This document shows, piece by piece, positions 27,489 to 35,802 of a stretch of 64,000 nt of DNA. The notes beneath the pieces were generated by a model. That model made no database searches and was not told where the DNA came from. It was given only the letters and a program-made list of their open reading frames with translations. This DNA comes from a virus. Within the stretch, counting starts at the first letter, position 1; every line of letters starts with the position of its first letter. The stretch lies in IMG/VR virus record IMGVR_UViG_3300008117_000079, one strand, 5' to 3'. The translations under genes and the position numbers were made by a program.

Positions 27489-28201
27489 AATCCGAATCTT
27501 GTTTTTAAAGTGTTATAATTTTGTTTTAATTCACTTAAACTAAGGTCCCTATTATAGATATTAACAGTTGCAATGTTACAGTTATTATAATTTATAAACC
27601 CAGGGAACCCTATTAAAAAATTAGATGTTATATTGATTATATTACCTAATGATGTGGTTTGACTTAATAATTCACCATTTAAATACATTTTAAGTGTTGA
27701 CCCATCATAAGTTGATGAAATATATACCCAAGAACCTTGTATAGAACTACGACTTACATTTGCCCCTGTACCACTTGAACCAGCGGTTGAGAATCTCTCT
27801 GTGTAAATATAAACCTGATCTGATGGTTGACCTTCTATTGTGTATAATAAATTATAACCATTTCTAACACCACTAATAAAGTCTTCTCTTCTTATCCAAG
27901 AAGGGTATGTTGATTTAAAATTCACAATTTTAGTAAAAACAGAAAGTGTATACGGACTATTATTTAAAAAAAGAATGGAACTATTCTTACCACAATTTAC
28001 ATAATCGTTTAACCCATCAAACACTATACTACCCATATTATTGGGATTAAAAGTTGGTCCATTAATTAAGGTACCATCGTTTTTATTTTTTGATATGTCA
28101 TTCCATGTTGTACTACCACTAATAAATGATTTAGTATTGGCAGCATCTAAATATAATACTAACCCATCCGTAACAATTTTTGGTGAAAAATTAAAACTCA
28201 T
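27485..28201 (-). CDS. LamG_3 domain protein, paralog 6 of 6
   Basis: DGLVLYLDAANTKSFISGSTTWNDISKNKNDGTLINGPTFN...IVFDGLNDY ... IYNRDLSLSELKQNYNTLKTRFGL. Confidence 0.65.
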   Translation of the reverse strand: MSFNFSPKIVTDGLVLYLDAANTKSFISGSTTWNDISKNKNDGTLINGPTFNPNNMGSIVFDGLNDYVNCGKNSSILFLNNSPYTLSVFTKIVNFKSTYPSWIRREDFISGVRNGYNLLYTIEGQPSDQVYIYTERFSTAGSSGTGANVSRSSIQGSWVYISSTYDGSTLKMYLNGELLSQTTSLGNIINITSNFLIGFPGFINYNNCNIATVNIYNRDLSLSELKQNYNTLKTRFGL

Positions 28202-28202
28202 A

Positions 28203-30323
28203 TTATATACTTCTTATTATTGTTTTAACAACCCAGCTTGATGTTACGGCTGATGTCTCTAATATCGCATTACCACTACTCACAACCATATTAAATGTTA
28301 TACCACTTGTGTTTCCAAAATCGGTTGTTGTTGTTTCTGTAAAATTAACTGAAGTTCCACTCCATATTGACATAATGTTTCCGGCTCTCAAATTGGTACC
28401 ATCATTAACTGTGTAATCAAAGAAAGCTCCGGTGTATGCGCTTGTAGGAATTGAGTATATTGTTGTAGTTCCGGCGTTTGCGGTCTTTTTACTTGTAGTA
28501 TTTAGTGATGGTGCTTGGTAACTACCCATTAATATCGTATTATCACTAAAGGCTTCAAGTACTGGTAGACCAGAAATATCGTTAACACTAAATAATGAAC
28601 CAATTAAACTATCTGTAACACTAAATAACTCACCACTTGATCCTTGAATTGTAAATATTGGTGTTGTCGTTCCGGAGCCATAAATTTTAACAACGTCTGT
28701 TGTTTGACCAGAAAATATTGAGTTCCCATTAACATATAAATTACCATCAACTCTTGTATTTCCACTTACGTGTAGTCTTTGTTGAGGAACTCCTTTAGTC
28801 CCAAGACCTAAATAACCATTACCATCACTAATAACCTCAAGGCGCATCATTTCGGTATTGAGACCTCTAGCTGTTAATACTGGTGCCGCATGCCAAGCAA
28901 AGTGTTTACCACTTAAGGTTCCAGAATAGTGAGAAAGGTCAAAATATAAATTACCATTACCGCCACCGGCATTTTCGTGATATGAAGATAGCATTGAACT
29001 ACCAGCAAAATAAGAACCCCATAAACTTGCGGTATAGTCTGGTGAAAACGTTGAGAAAAATACTGATGTTGAAAACGCCCCATTTTTTCTTTGAGCAATT
29101 TCAAAATAAGTTCTTGACGCTGAAGTATTACCTTCACCATAAAAATTAATTATGTTTGCACCAGAACCATTTGATTGGAAACTTAAATTATTTCCATTCA
29201 TAGTAACAGTTCTACTACCAGTTAATGTGCCATCAGAATTATATAAATTAGTATTAAACGGGGCTTGCCAACTAGCGTTACCACTCACATCTGATGTTAA
29301 AACATATCCACTATTAGCCCCATTTACAATTTGCAAATCTTGTGTGACTACTTTTCCAGATGGTAATTCTATTGATACTTGGTTTGTTGAGCCAAAATTA
29401 ACATTACCTTCGTCGCCTGGATTAATATTTAATGGTGAACAGGCGTGTAAATTTGATACGTATATATCCGCAATACATTCAGATATTGTGTTTCCGGTAA
29501 ATTTAAGTGGTGCTAAATCAACAGAATATGCATTTGTCAAATCATTCCTATTAAACTCAACAATTGTACCATTAAGTGTTGCACCAGTTGTGTAGGTGTT
29601 TGTATCGTCAAGTAATTGACTAACGTCAACAGAAAAGTTAGTCACCAAATCATTACCAACAAAATCAATACTTTCACTTAATGAATTATATGTTCCGGCA
29701 GTTAAATAAAAATTATCTGTTGATAACGAACTTAAATCAACATTAAATGGAACAAATCCAGTATTTCCAGAAAAAGTAATTAATTTTGTTCCGGGATTAA
29801 AAGTTCCTGAAGTTACATAAATATCATTCTCTGGTAAATCAATTAAATATGTTGTTCCGGAACCTATAATGGACCCGCCACTTAAAATTATATTACCATT
29901 TAATACAATTAGTTGGCCTTCAGGTTCTAAGTCCAATGTACCCTCAACGATTAAATCACCATATATAAAACTTTGGAAATTATTTTCAATTATATATGTT
30001 TGTCCCGATGGAATAAACCATCTATTATATCTTGGAATATCGGCAGATAAACTTGTTCCGTTGTTTAAAGATAATGTTAGATTATCCTCTAAAGTATTAT
30101 ATGTTACCCCGGTTAAAAAAGTATCGCTTGAATCAAAGTAATTGGCTAACTCACCAATAGTTACTTTGTTTGTTACATCTGCTTCAACATTAACTATTGG
30201 TAGAACATCAAGTGATGAAATATCATTTGCTAAAATTAATGGTAAGTCAACTATTCTTTTATTTAAGTTGGGCATAGTTTTTATTTGATAAATATACTTT
30301 AAGTTATGTTTTTGATTCCCCAA
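28203..30323 (-). CDS. tail fibre-like protein with GYVLTSDxSGN..W motif
   Basis: 706 aa with LQIVNGANSGYVLTSDVSGNASWQAPF. The ORF-track start at 30323 is a TTG codon; first ATG gives MPNLNKRIVDL at ~30275. Confidence 0.5.
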   Translation of the reverse strand: MGNQKHNLKYIYQIKTMPNLNKRIVDLPLILANDISSLDVLPIVNVEADVTNKVTIGELANYFDSSDTFLTGVTYNTLEDNLTLSLNNGTSLSADIPRYNRWFIPSGQTYIIENNFQSFIYGDLIVEGTLDLEPEGQLIVLNGNIILSGGSIIGSGTTYLIDLPENDIYVTSGTFNPGTKLITFSGNTGFVPFNVDLSSLSTDNFYLTAGTYNSLSESIDFVGNDLVTNFSVDVSQLLDDTNTYTTGATLNGTIVEFNRNDLTNAYSVDLAPLKFTGNTISECIADIYVSNLHACSPLNINPGDEGNVNFGSTNQVSIELPSGKVVTQDLQIVNGANSGYVLTSDVSGNASWQAPFNTNLYNSDGTLTGSRTVTMNGNNLSFQSNGSGANIINFYGEGNTSASRTYFEIAQRKNGAFSTSVFFSTFSPDYTASLWGSYFAGSSMLSSYHENAGGGNGNLYFDLSHYSGTLSGKHFAWHAAPVLTARGLNTEMMRLEVISDGNGYLGLGTKGVPQQRLHVSGNTRVDGNLYVNGNSIFSGQTTDVVKIYGSGTTTPIFTIQGSSGELFSVTDSLIGSLFSVNDISGLPVLEAFSDNTILMGSYQAPSLNTTSKKTANAGTTTIYSIPTSAYTGAFFDYTVNDGTNLRAGNIMSIWSGTSVNFTETTTTDFGNTSGITFNMVVSSGNAILETSAVTSSWVVKTIIRSI

Positions 30324-30332
30324 AAAACAAAA

Positions 30333-30365
30333 CCCCCAATTTTTTTATAAAAGGGGGTTTTTAAA
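30333..30365 (-). terminator. intrinsic terminator / hairpin upstream of fibre gene
   Basis: AACCCCCTTTTATAAAAAAATTGGGGGTT inverted repeat on the minus strand followed by TTGTTTTTT; lies between the 30382 gene end and the fibre gene start. Confidence 0.5.
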
Positions 30366-30381
30366 TTAAATAGACATTATT

Positions 30382-31656
30382 TTATAATCCTAATTGTGAA
30401 AGAATATCATCTTCATCTTCGTCCTCATCTTCCTCATCATCGTTTTGTTCTAATTCTGCGACAAGTTCATTAACCATTCTTTGTATCTTATCCATACCAG
30501 CTTGTTTTTCCGCTAAAACATCTTTGAATAGTTGGAAAAATTCTTGTGCTGACATAGTACTAATTTTACTAAAAAGATATAATTGAATGTGTCTTTGGTC
30601 CTCATCACTTAAAAGATCAATTGGGTATGCTCTTTGAAGTAACTCCCAAAATACTGGCCCTAATCTTAAATCCCAGGCTTCAGCTGGAACTGTATCTTCG
30701 GATGCCATAACCATTTCAGCTTGTCTTGGGTCGTCAGGTAATCCTTGAGTCCCAAGAACTTCATAAACACCTTTAACAAGTTCGTGAACAAGTGTTGGGA
30801 AATTAATTCCTCTTGCAATTACTGTTGGTGGATTTGTTGATGCGTCAATTTCAGAAGTACCGGCTTCACTACCTCCTTCTCCAGACATAGCCTCTATTGT
30901 TTCTTCCGGATACAACCAGTATAAGTGGTCAATAATTGCTGTTGATAAACTATAGTACTCAATTAAATCTGGATCTATTTCATCTAGTTTTTCAGAAACT
31001 AAATGATACATATATTGACCTTTTTTTGCTGCACCACCAATAAGAGCATTAATCATTCGTCTCTTATTTTTTTCCATATCAAAATTATCCATAGCATCCA
31101 AAAACGCCTCAACATCATTTTGATTCTCTTGAGCATTTTTAAAAGCTTGTGTCATTTCTTCTCTTGATGGTTTTTCAGATTCTCTTCTCATTTTTTGAGC
31201 CGACTCACTTTGACCCATACCAACAAGTTTTGCATCAAATTGTAACTGACCTTCAGGAACCCCTAATTGTTTTTTAACTAAATCAACAGCCATTTTCTCA
31301 AGGTCCGCTTTGTGTCTAGACTCCATTCTTGATGTTTGACTAATTGCTTGTGAAACAAGCATTAATAAATTCATTAGTGGATTTCCAGTTGTTAACTGAG
31401 TTGTTTTACCAGTTGTTCTTTGGAGTATTGTTTTTAATTTTGTAACAGTATCCTTAAATCTTCTTGAGGCAACAAGTTCAATAAAATCTCTATCCATTCT
31501 TGGCATACCGGGATGAGAAGAATATGGTGTTTCTTTACCTAATATTTTTCTTTCAATACTTGGGTCCATTCTTTCTGGTCCTTCGTAATCAATTGGAGCT
31601 TCATTTAAATTTCTTCTTATTAGATTTTTAATTTGTCTGTCGTTTAACTTTGCCAT
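30382..31656 (-). CDS. hypothetical virion-module protein with poly-acidic C-terminus
   Basis: 424-aa ORF ending ...NDDEEDEDEDEDDILSQLGL; coding-like, no motif. Confidence 0.45.
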   Translation of the reverse strand: MAKLNDRQIKNLIRRNLNEAPIDYEGPERMDPSIERKILGKETPYSSHPGMPRMDRDFIELVASRRFKDTVTKLKTILQRTTGKTTQLTTGNPLMNLLMLVSQAISQTSRMESRHKADLEKMAVDLVKKQLGVPEGQLQFDAKLVGMGQSESAQKMRRESEKPSREEMTQAFKNAQENQNDVEAFLDAMDNFDMEKNKRRMINALIGGAAKKGQYMYHLVSEKLDEIDPDLIEYYSLSTAIIDHLYWLYPEETIEAMSGEGGSEAGTSEIDASTNPPTVIARGINFPTLVHELVKGVYEVLGTQGLPDDPRQAEMVMASEDTVPAEAWDLRLGPVFWELLQRAYPIDLLSDEDQRHIQLYLFSKISTMSAQEFFQLFKDVLAEKQAGMDKIQRMVNELVAELEQNDDEEDEDEDEDDILSQLGL

Positions 31657-31661
31657 TTTAT

Positions 31662-32831
31662 TTATTTTAATTTAACTCCAAGTTTATTCCAAGATAACCA
31701 AGATGGTATATTTGATTTACCGGCTTTTGGTTTTGGATTATGTTTTGGTTGGAAAGGGGTTCCCTTTCCTGGTGACTTTTCTTTAGTTCCGGGTTTTTTA
31801 ACTGGAGTCGGAGCTGTTTCTGTCCCATACATTTCTTTTAACTCATCAGATTTTGCTTTTGGTTTTGGGTTGTGTTTTGGTTCAAAAGGATTTTTTCTTT
31901 CTCTACCTTTATCCTTTTCTTTTTTGTCTGTATCTGTATCTGGTTTTGTTCTTTCTTTTTCTTTTGTATCACCAGCTTTCGGTTTTGGATTATGTTTTGG
32001 CTCAAAAGGATTCTTTCTTTCTCTACCTTTATCTTTCTCTTTTTTGTCAGTGTCAGGTCTTGTTTTTGTTCTTTCCTTTTCTTTTGTGTCTTCTTTCATT
32101 TCACCAGAAATTGAATATAAATTACCAATTGGTTTTGTCATTTTACCTTTTGGTTGAAACATAGTATTCTTTTTTGGGTTTCTCAACACGAAGTTTTCTG
32201 ACTTATTAACTTTTTCCATAATTGTTTGGATAAGTTCCCCTTTTGTCATTTCTGGATCTGTGTGTCTTTCAATTAAACTAACAATTCTATTTTCAAGGAA
32301 CTTTTCATATTCCTCTTCTTTAATACTTTTTCTTTTTTTAACTGGAACAGTTTTTTCTGGGTGTAATTTTTCTGACATTTTTTTGTAGTCTTTTTTTGTT
32401 GTAGAACTTGCAAATTCATCTCTTAATTTACACCATTTTTTTTGTTCTTTTGTTTTACCATTACCACATTTAACAAAAAACAATTTTTGTTGCGCCTTTG
32501 ATGCAAATTTTTCATCAAGTTCTTGTGATTCTTCACTCATCTCACCTTCTTTTGTTATTGCAGTTACAAGACCTGTTGAAGGGTCAATGCTAACCTCACC
32601 ATCAACCTTTAAACCTGTTTTCTTTAAATCTTCAACAGTACCTGTTACTTTTTTCATTGCCGGAACATTTGTGACTTGGAACGCTTCAGTCGGTTCATCT
32701 TTCTTTGTAAACTTCTCAACCAAAACCTTAACTTGGTTTGGTGTTAGATTTTTAATTGTTGAAAATGTAAGCCCATTTTCAAATAAAATTTTAATATCCT
32801 TTTTAGTTTTCATACACCATTTTTTTTTCAA
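31662..32831 (-). CDS. basic K/E-rich protein with three NPFEPKHNPKPKA-containing repeats
   Basis: 389 aa. C-terminal half has three ~40-aa repeats (...KEKERTKxxxDTDKKEKDKGRERKNPFEPKHNPKPKA...). Strongly charged, as in internal/DNA-associated head proteins. Confidence 0.45.
   Translation of the reverse strand: MKKKWCMKTKKDIKILFENGLTFSTIKNLTPNQVKVLVEKFTKKDEPTEAFQVTNVPAMKKVTGTVEDLKKTGLKVDGEVSIDPSTGLVTAITKEGEMSEESQELDEKFASKAQQKLFFVKCGNGKTKEQKKWCKLRDEFASSTTKKDYKKMSEKLHPEKTVPVKKRKSIKEEEYEKFLENRIVSLIERHTDPEMTKGELIQTIMEKVNKSENFVLRNPKKNTMFQPKGKMTKPIGNLYSISGEMKEDTKEKERTKTRPDTDKKEKDKGRERKNPFEPKHNPKPKAGDTKEKERTKPDTDTDKKEKDKGRERKNPFEPKHNPKPKAKSDELKEMYGTETAPTPVKKPGTKEKSPGKGTPFQPKHNPKPKAGKSNIPSWLSWNKLGVKLK
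31690..32100. repeat. ~120-bp tandem repeats (2 full + 1 diverged) within coding sequence
   Basis: ggttttgg(a/g)tt(a/g)tgttttgg(c/t)tcaaaaggatt(c/t)tttctttctctacctttatc... repeated at ~31860 and ~31980 with a diverged copy at ~31730. Confidence 0.65.
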
Positions 32832-33210
32832 ACTCTAATACAAGATCTCTCTCATATAATTTATCTTTAACTATTTGTTCTTGGTCACCATATCTAAAAA
32901 CAAGACGTTTAACCAAAGAAAAATCAATTTCATCTTCCTTCTCCCATCCAAGAGCAATAACATCATCAATTGAGTCTTGAACGGAAAAAACATCAGATTG
33001 TTGTACTAGCTCAAGTGTTACATCACCATTTGTTAAAACACCAACCTTTTTTACATGCTCAATATCCGGAGGACTTGGATAACCGTTTGCAGGTCTTGCT
33101 TCCCAGTTTTCACCCCAGATATCTTCTGTGGTGTCAGAAAAAATAAATTCATAAATGTTCTCACCTTTGTAATTTGATCCTAAACCATTTATGTAAATTA
33201 AATAACTCAC
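32803..33210 (-). CDS. hypothetical protein
   Basis: 135-aa ORF overlapping neighbours at both ends (operon-style). Confidence 0.35.
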   Translation of the reverse strand: MSYLIYINGLGSNYKGENIYEFIFSDTTEDIWGENWEARPANGYPSPPDIEHVKKVGVLTNGDVTLELVQQSDVFSVQDSIDDVIALGWEKEDEIDFSLVKRLVFRYGDQEQIVKDKLYERDLVLEFEKKMVYEN

Positions 33211-34706
33211 AGAGGCTTACCATTTAAGTTTATTTTAGTTTCAACAATACCATTTTTGAATACTAAATTACCTTTGTTTGTTTTACCAATTAATTTATAA
33301 TTTGGGTGGTTTTCAAGGAATTTAAGAGCCCCTCTTTCTTGAGCTACAGATTCCGATAAGTTACGCACATTTTTTTTGTTTAACTCTCTTTGTTTTTCAA
33401 GTTTTTCTAATTTTGTAATTCTTTGTTTTTCTTCTTTGATAATTTCATCCTCATTAACATTAAAATATTGTGAAATAATCTTGTCAACTTCAGACTCGCC
33501 AAATGTTCCGTGTGTAAAATGTTTGAACTCACCAGTATCGCCATAAGTGTGTCTTGGTTTTCTAGCTCCGTGCATTCCGTATTCTGTCATATCACCTTTA
33601 GGTAATTCGTTTTTCATCGCACTCGTATATTGTGATGCAACAGATTTATTAATACCTTGTGCAAGATTCATAGTTTCACTCATTTCACCACCAAAATATT
33701 CGGCAACTTCACCACCTTCTGGCGCTTCTGGTGGTGTTGGTAATTCCTCCTCATCTGATGGCATTTGTGGTTCTTCCATATCTTCATCTTCCATATCCAT
33801 ATCTTCATCACCATCCTCGTCTTCTTCGTAGTTACCCTCAAGACGATCAATTATTTCCTCAAGATCGTCATCATCTAATACATCAACATCAATTGCAGAT
33901 AAAATGGAATTCACAATGTATTTCACATCATTTGAATCCATTTCATCTTTTGTGTTGTAACTTCTGATTTTTTGAGCTAGTTTACCTGTAAGTTTTTGGA
34001 TTGTTTTAAGTGAAGGTCCTTTTTTATCTCCTTCATCTTCTGGCATATCTTCATCGGCCGGTAAGTCCATTTCATCTTCTGGCATATCCTCATCTGTTGG
34101 TGGTTCCATCTCATCTGTTGGTGGTTCCATCTCATCTGTTGGTGGAGCAGGTAATTCACCACCCATTTCGTCTCCTGCTGGTGGTGGAGGAAGCTCACCC
34201 CCCATTTCATCTCCCATTGGTGGTGTTGCGGCCATATCTGGAGCTGGAGCAGGTGCCGGTATTGGTTCTGCGGCAGGTGGTGGTGGTAACTCAGGGGCTG
34301 GAGTTTCTTCTGTTTTTTTACCTCCAGGTAACCTTAGTTTAAACTTTTTTTTTTGCTCAGTAAAGAGCGACATACCTTCATCGTTACCGTAAAGGGAATT
34401 AAATTCTTTTGCCATTAAATTTAATTTTTTAAGGGCTTCAGAATACGAAGAAAAGTATTTTCTATTCTGAATAGGTTCAATATAATCGTTTACAGATTCT
34501 GAAATTGTTCTTTTGATTATATATCCTTGTCTTTCTTTTACAATTGAATATTCATTTCCATCAGCTAATTCTGCTGTATAATCTGTTCTTGTATTTTCAT
34601 TTACTGGAGTTGGAATACTTTCATTATATCTGGCAATTTCCATAATTCTACGGATTTTATCCATTCCTTGTAATTTTTCACTTCCAATAGGTCTAAGTCC
34701 TCCCAT
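33207..34706 (-). CDS. Pro/Asp/Glu-rich repeat protein
   Basis: 499 aa with tandem peptide repeats GDEMGGELPPPPA x2, TDEMEPP x3, DEDMPEDE x2 (DNA tandem repeats ~34085-34245), flanked by non-repetitive domains. Confidence 0.45.
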   Translation of the reverse strand: MGGLRPIGSEKLQGMDKIRRIMEIARYNESIPTPVNENTRTDYTAELADGNEYSIVKERQGYIIKRTISESVNDYIEPIQNRKYFSSYSEALKKLNLMAKEFNSLYGNDEGMSLFTEQKKKFKLRLPGGKKTEETPAPELPPPPAAEPIPAPAPAPDMAATPPMGDEMGGELPPPPAGDEMGGELPAPPTDEMEPPTDEMEPPTDEDMPEDEMDLPADEDMPEDEGDKKGPSLKTIQKLTGKLAQKIRSYNTKDEMDSNDVKYIVNSILSAIDVDVLDDDDLEEIIDRLEGNYEEDEDGDEDMDMEDEDMEEPQMPSDEEELPTPPEAPEGGEVAEYFGGEMSETMNLAQGINKSVASQYTSAMKNELPKGDMTEYGMHGARKPRHTYGDTGEFKHFTHGTFGESEVDKIISQYFNVNEDEIIKEEKQRITKLEKLEKQRELNKKNVRNLSESVAQERGALKFLENHPNYKLIGKTNKGNLVFKNGIVETKINLNGKPL

Positions 34707-34781
34707 AGTATTTTGTTTTGAATAAATTATTTTTTCTTAATAAATATATCAAATATTAAGATTATTTTGTTTTTTACTAAA

Positions 34782-35519
34782 TTATTGGTTCATAGATAAT
34801 TTCTTATCTATGATTTCAGTTGGTAAGTTGTAAAGTTTTTCTATATACCCATTTCTTCTGAGTAATTTGAAGACTAGATTTTCAAGCGACATCTCACCCC
34901 CTTTTTGTAATCCGCAGTTTCTAAACTTCTTAAGTTTTTCTTTATATGTTTTAACAATTGTTTTTATTTCATCCGGAGTTTCATCTTTGATATTGTCAAC
35001 AACACCATCAATTATTCTCATCCATTGTTTTGCTTTTTCTTTAATTAATTCCTTGTCAATGTTTTTCATATCTTCTTTTTTAGGTTCGTTAACCCACATA
35101 TCATAAAGTACTGAATAAACACCGGAACTAAAGGTGACTTCATTCTCATCCTGGACAAAACATTCAACGTCATATCCAAACATTTTAAGATTATGTTTTT
35201 GATTAAAGATTATTTTTTTAAGATCAAAAAACTCAACATATAAATCTTTTGTATTTTCTGGGAATTGGGAATAATTTACAACAACGTGTAAATCAATGTC
35301 GGAAAATTTTGACCAATTATAATTTGTTAATGAACCAATCATAATTATGTCAGTTACAAGAATATCAACACCTAAAAAATCAATAAATAGGTTTGAAATC
35401 TCAAGTAGTTTTTCTCTTACTTCTTGATTCATTTCGTATTTCTTACCTTTCTTTTCCCAAATTTTTGGGTTTAATTCTTTTTGGGTTTCAAAACTTTTTA
35501 AAATTTCCGAATTATCCAT
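34782..35519 (-). CDS. Pol-beta-superfamily nucleotidyltransferase-fold protein
   Basis: IGSLTNYNWSKFSDIDLHVVV fits the minimal NTase signature hG[GS]-x(9-13)-Dh[DE]h. 245 aa; no CCA-adding or CD-NTase-specific motifs recognised. Confidence 0.55.
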   Translation of the reverse strand: MDNSEILKSFETQKELNPKIWEKKGKKYEMNQEVREKLLEISNLFIDFLGVDILVTDIIMIGSLTNYNWSKFSDIDLHVVVNYSQFPENTKDLYVEFFDLKKIIFNQKHNLKMFGYDVECFVQDENEVTFSSGVYSVLYDMWVNEPKKEDMKNIDKELIKEKAKQWMRIIDGVVDNIKDETPDEIKTIVKTYKEKLKKFRNCGLQKGGEMSLENLVFKLLRRNGYIEKLYNLPTEIIDKKLSMNQ

Positions 35520-35544
35520 ATGATATAAATATATGAAATTCTAA

Positions 35545-35790
35545 TTAACTTAATTTTCTATATTTAAAAGCTTTTGAGATACTTGTGTTAAAGAAATTTC
35601 CTTGTGATTTTGCAGATCTAAAAGATGTGTAGGTTTGGTGTGGAACATCTTCATATTCATACTTCATCCCATTTTTAAATTCTGCAATTAATTTCTTTGT
35701 CTCAACGTCATATTCTGTTCTTACCAGATTTGACGATTCAACCTCATTTAAAATTTTTGTTCCTTCAATTTTTTCACTTGTGATTGCCAT
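35545..35790 (-). CDS. KTSC-domain small protein
   Basis: 81 aa; YDVETKKLIAEFKNGMKYEYEDVPHQTYTSFRSAKSQGNFFNTSI matches the KTSC pattern (Y...L.I.F.NG..Y.Y..VP...Y..F..A.S.G.YFN..I). Confidence 0.5.
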   Translation of the reverse strand: MAITSEKIEGTKILNEVESSNLVRTEYDVETKKLIAEFKNGMKYEYEDVPHQTYTSFRSAKSQGNFFNTSISKAFKYRKLS

Positions 35791-35802
35791 AATTTTTTAT
35801 TT

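Noticed and set aside
28883-30141. ORFs 28883..29149(+), 28913..29140(-), 29152..29595(+), 29869..30141(+) within or antisense to the fibre gene 28203..30323
   Set aside because: Nested in or antisense to a 706-aa ORF with coherent fibre-like sequence; no independent support.
31853-32164. Three overlapping plus-strand ORFs (31853..32164, 31870..32157, 31872..32114) with Phe/Leu/Cys-rich products
   Set aside because: Antisense translation of the 120-bp tandem repeats of gene 31662..32831; not credible proteins.
33547-34342. Plus/minus ORFs 33547..33831, 33731..33967, 33977..34210, 34010..34342 inside the Pro/acidic repeat gene
   Set aside because: Alternative-frame readings of the repeat tract (His/Pro/Leu-rich); the 499-aa frame is the coherent one.
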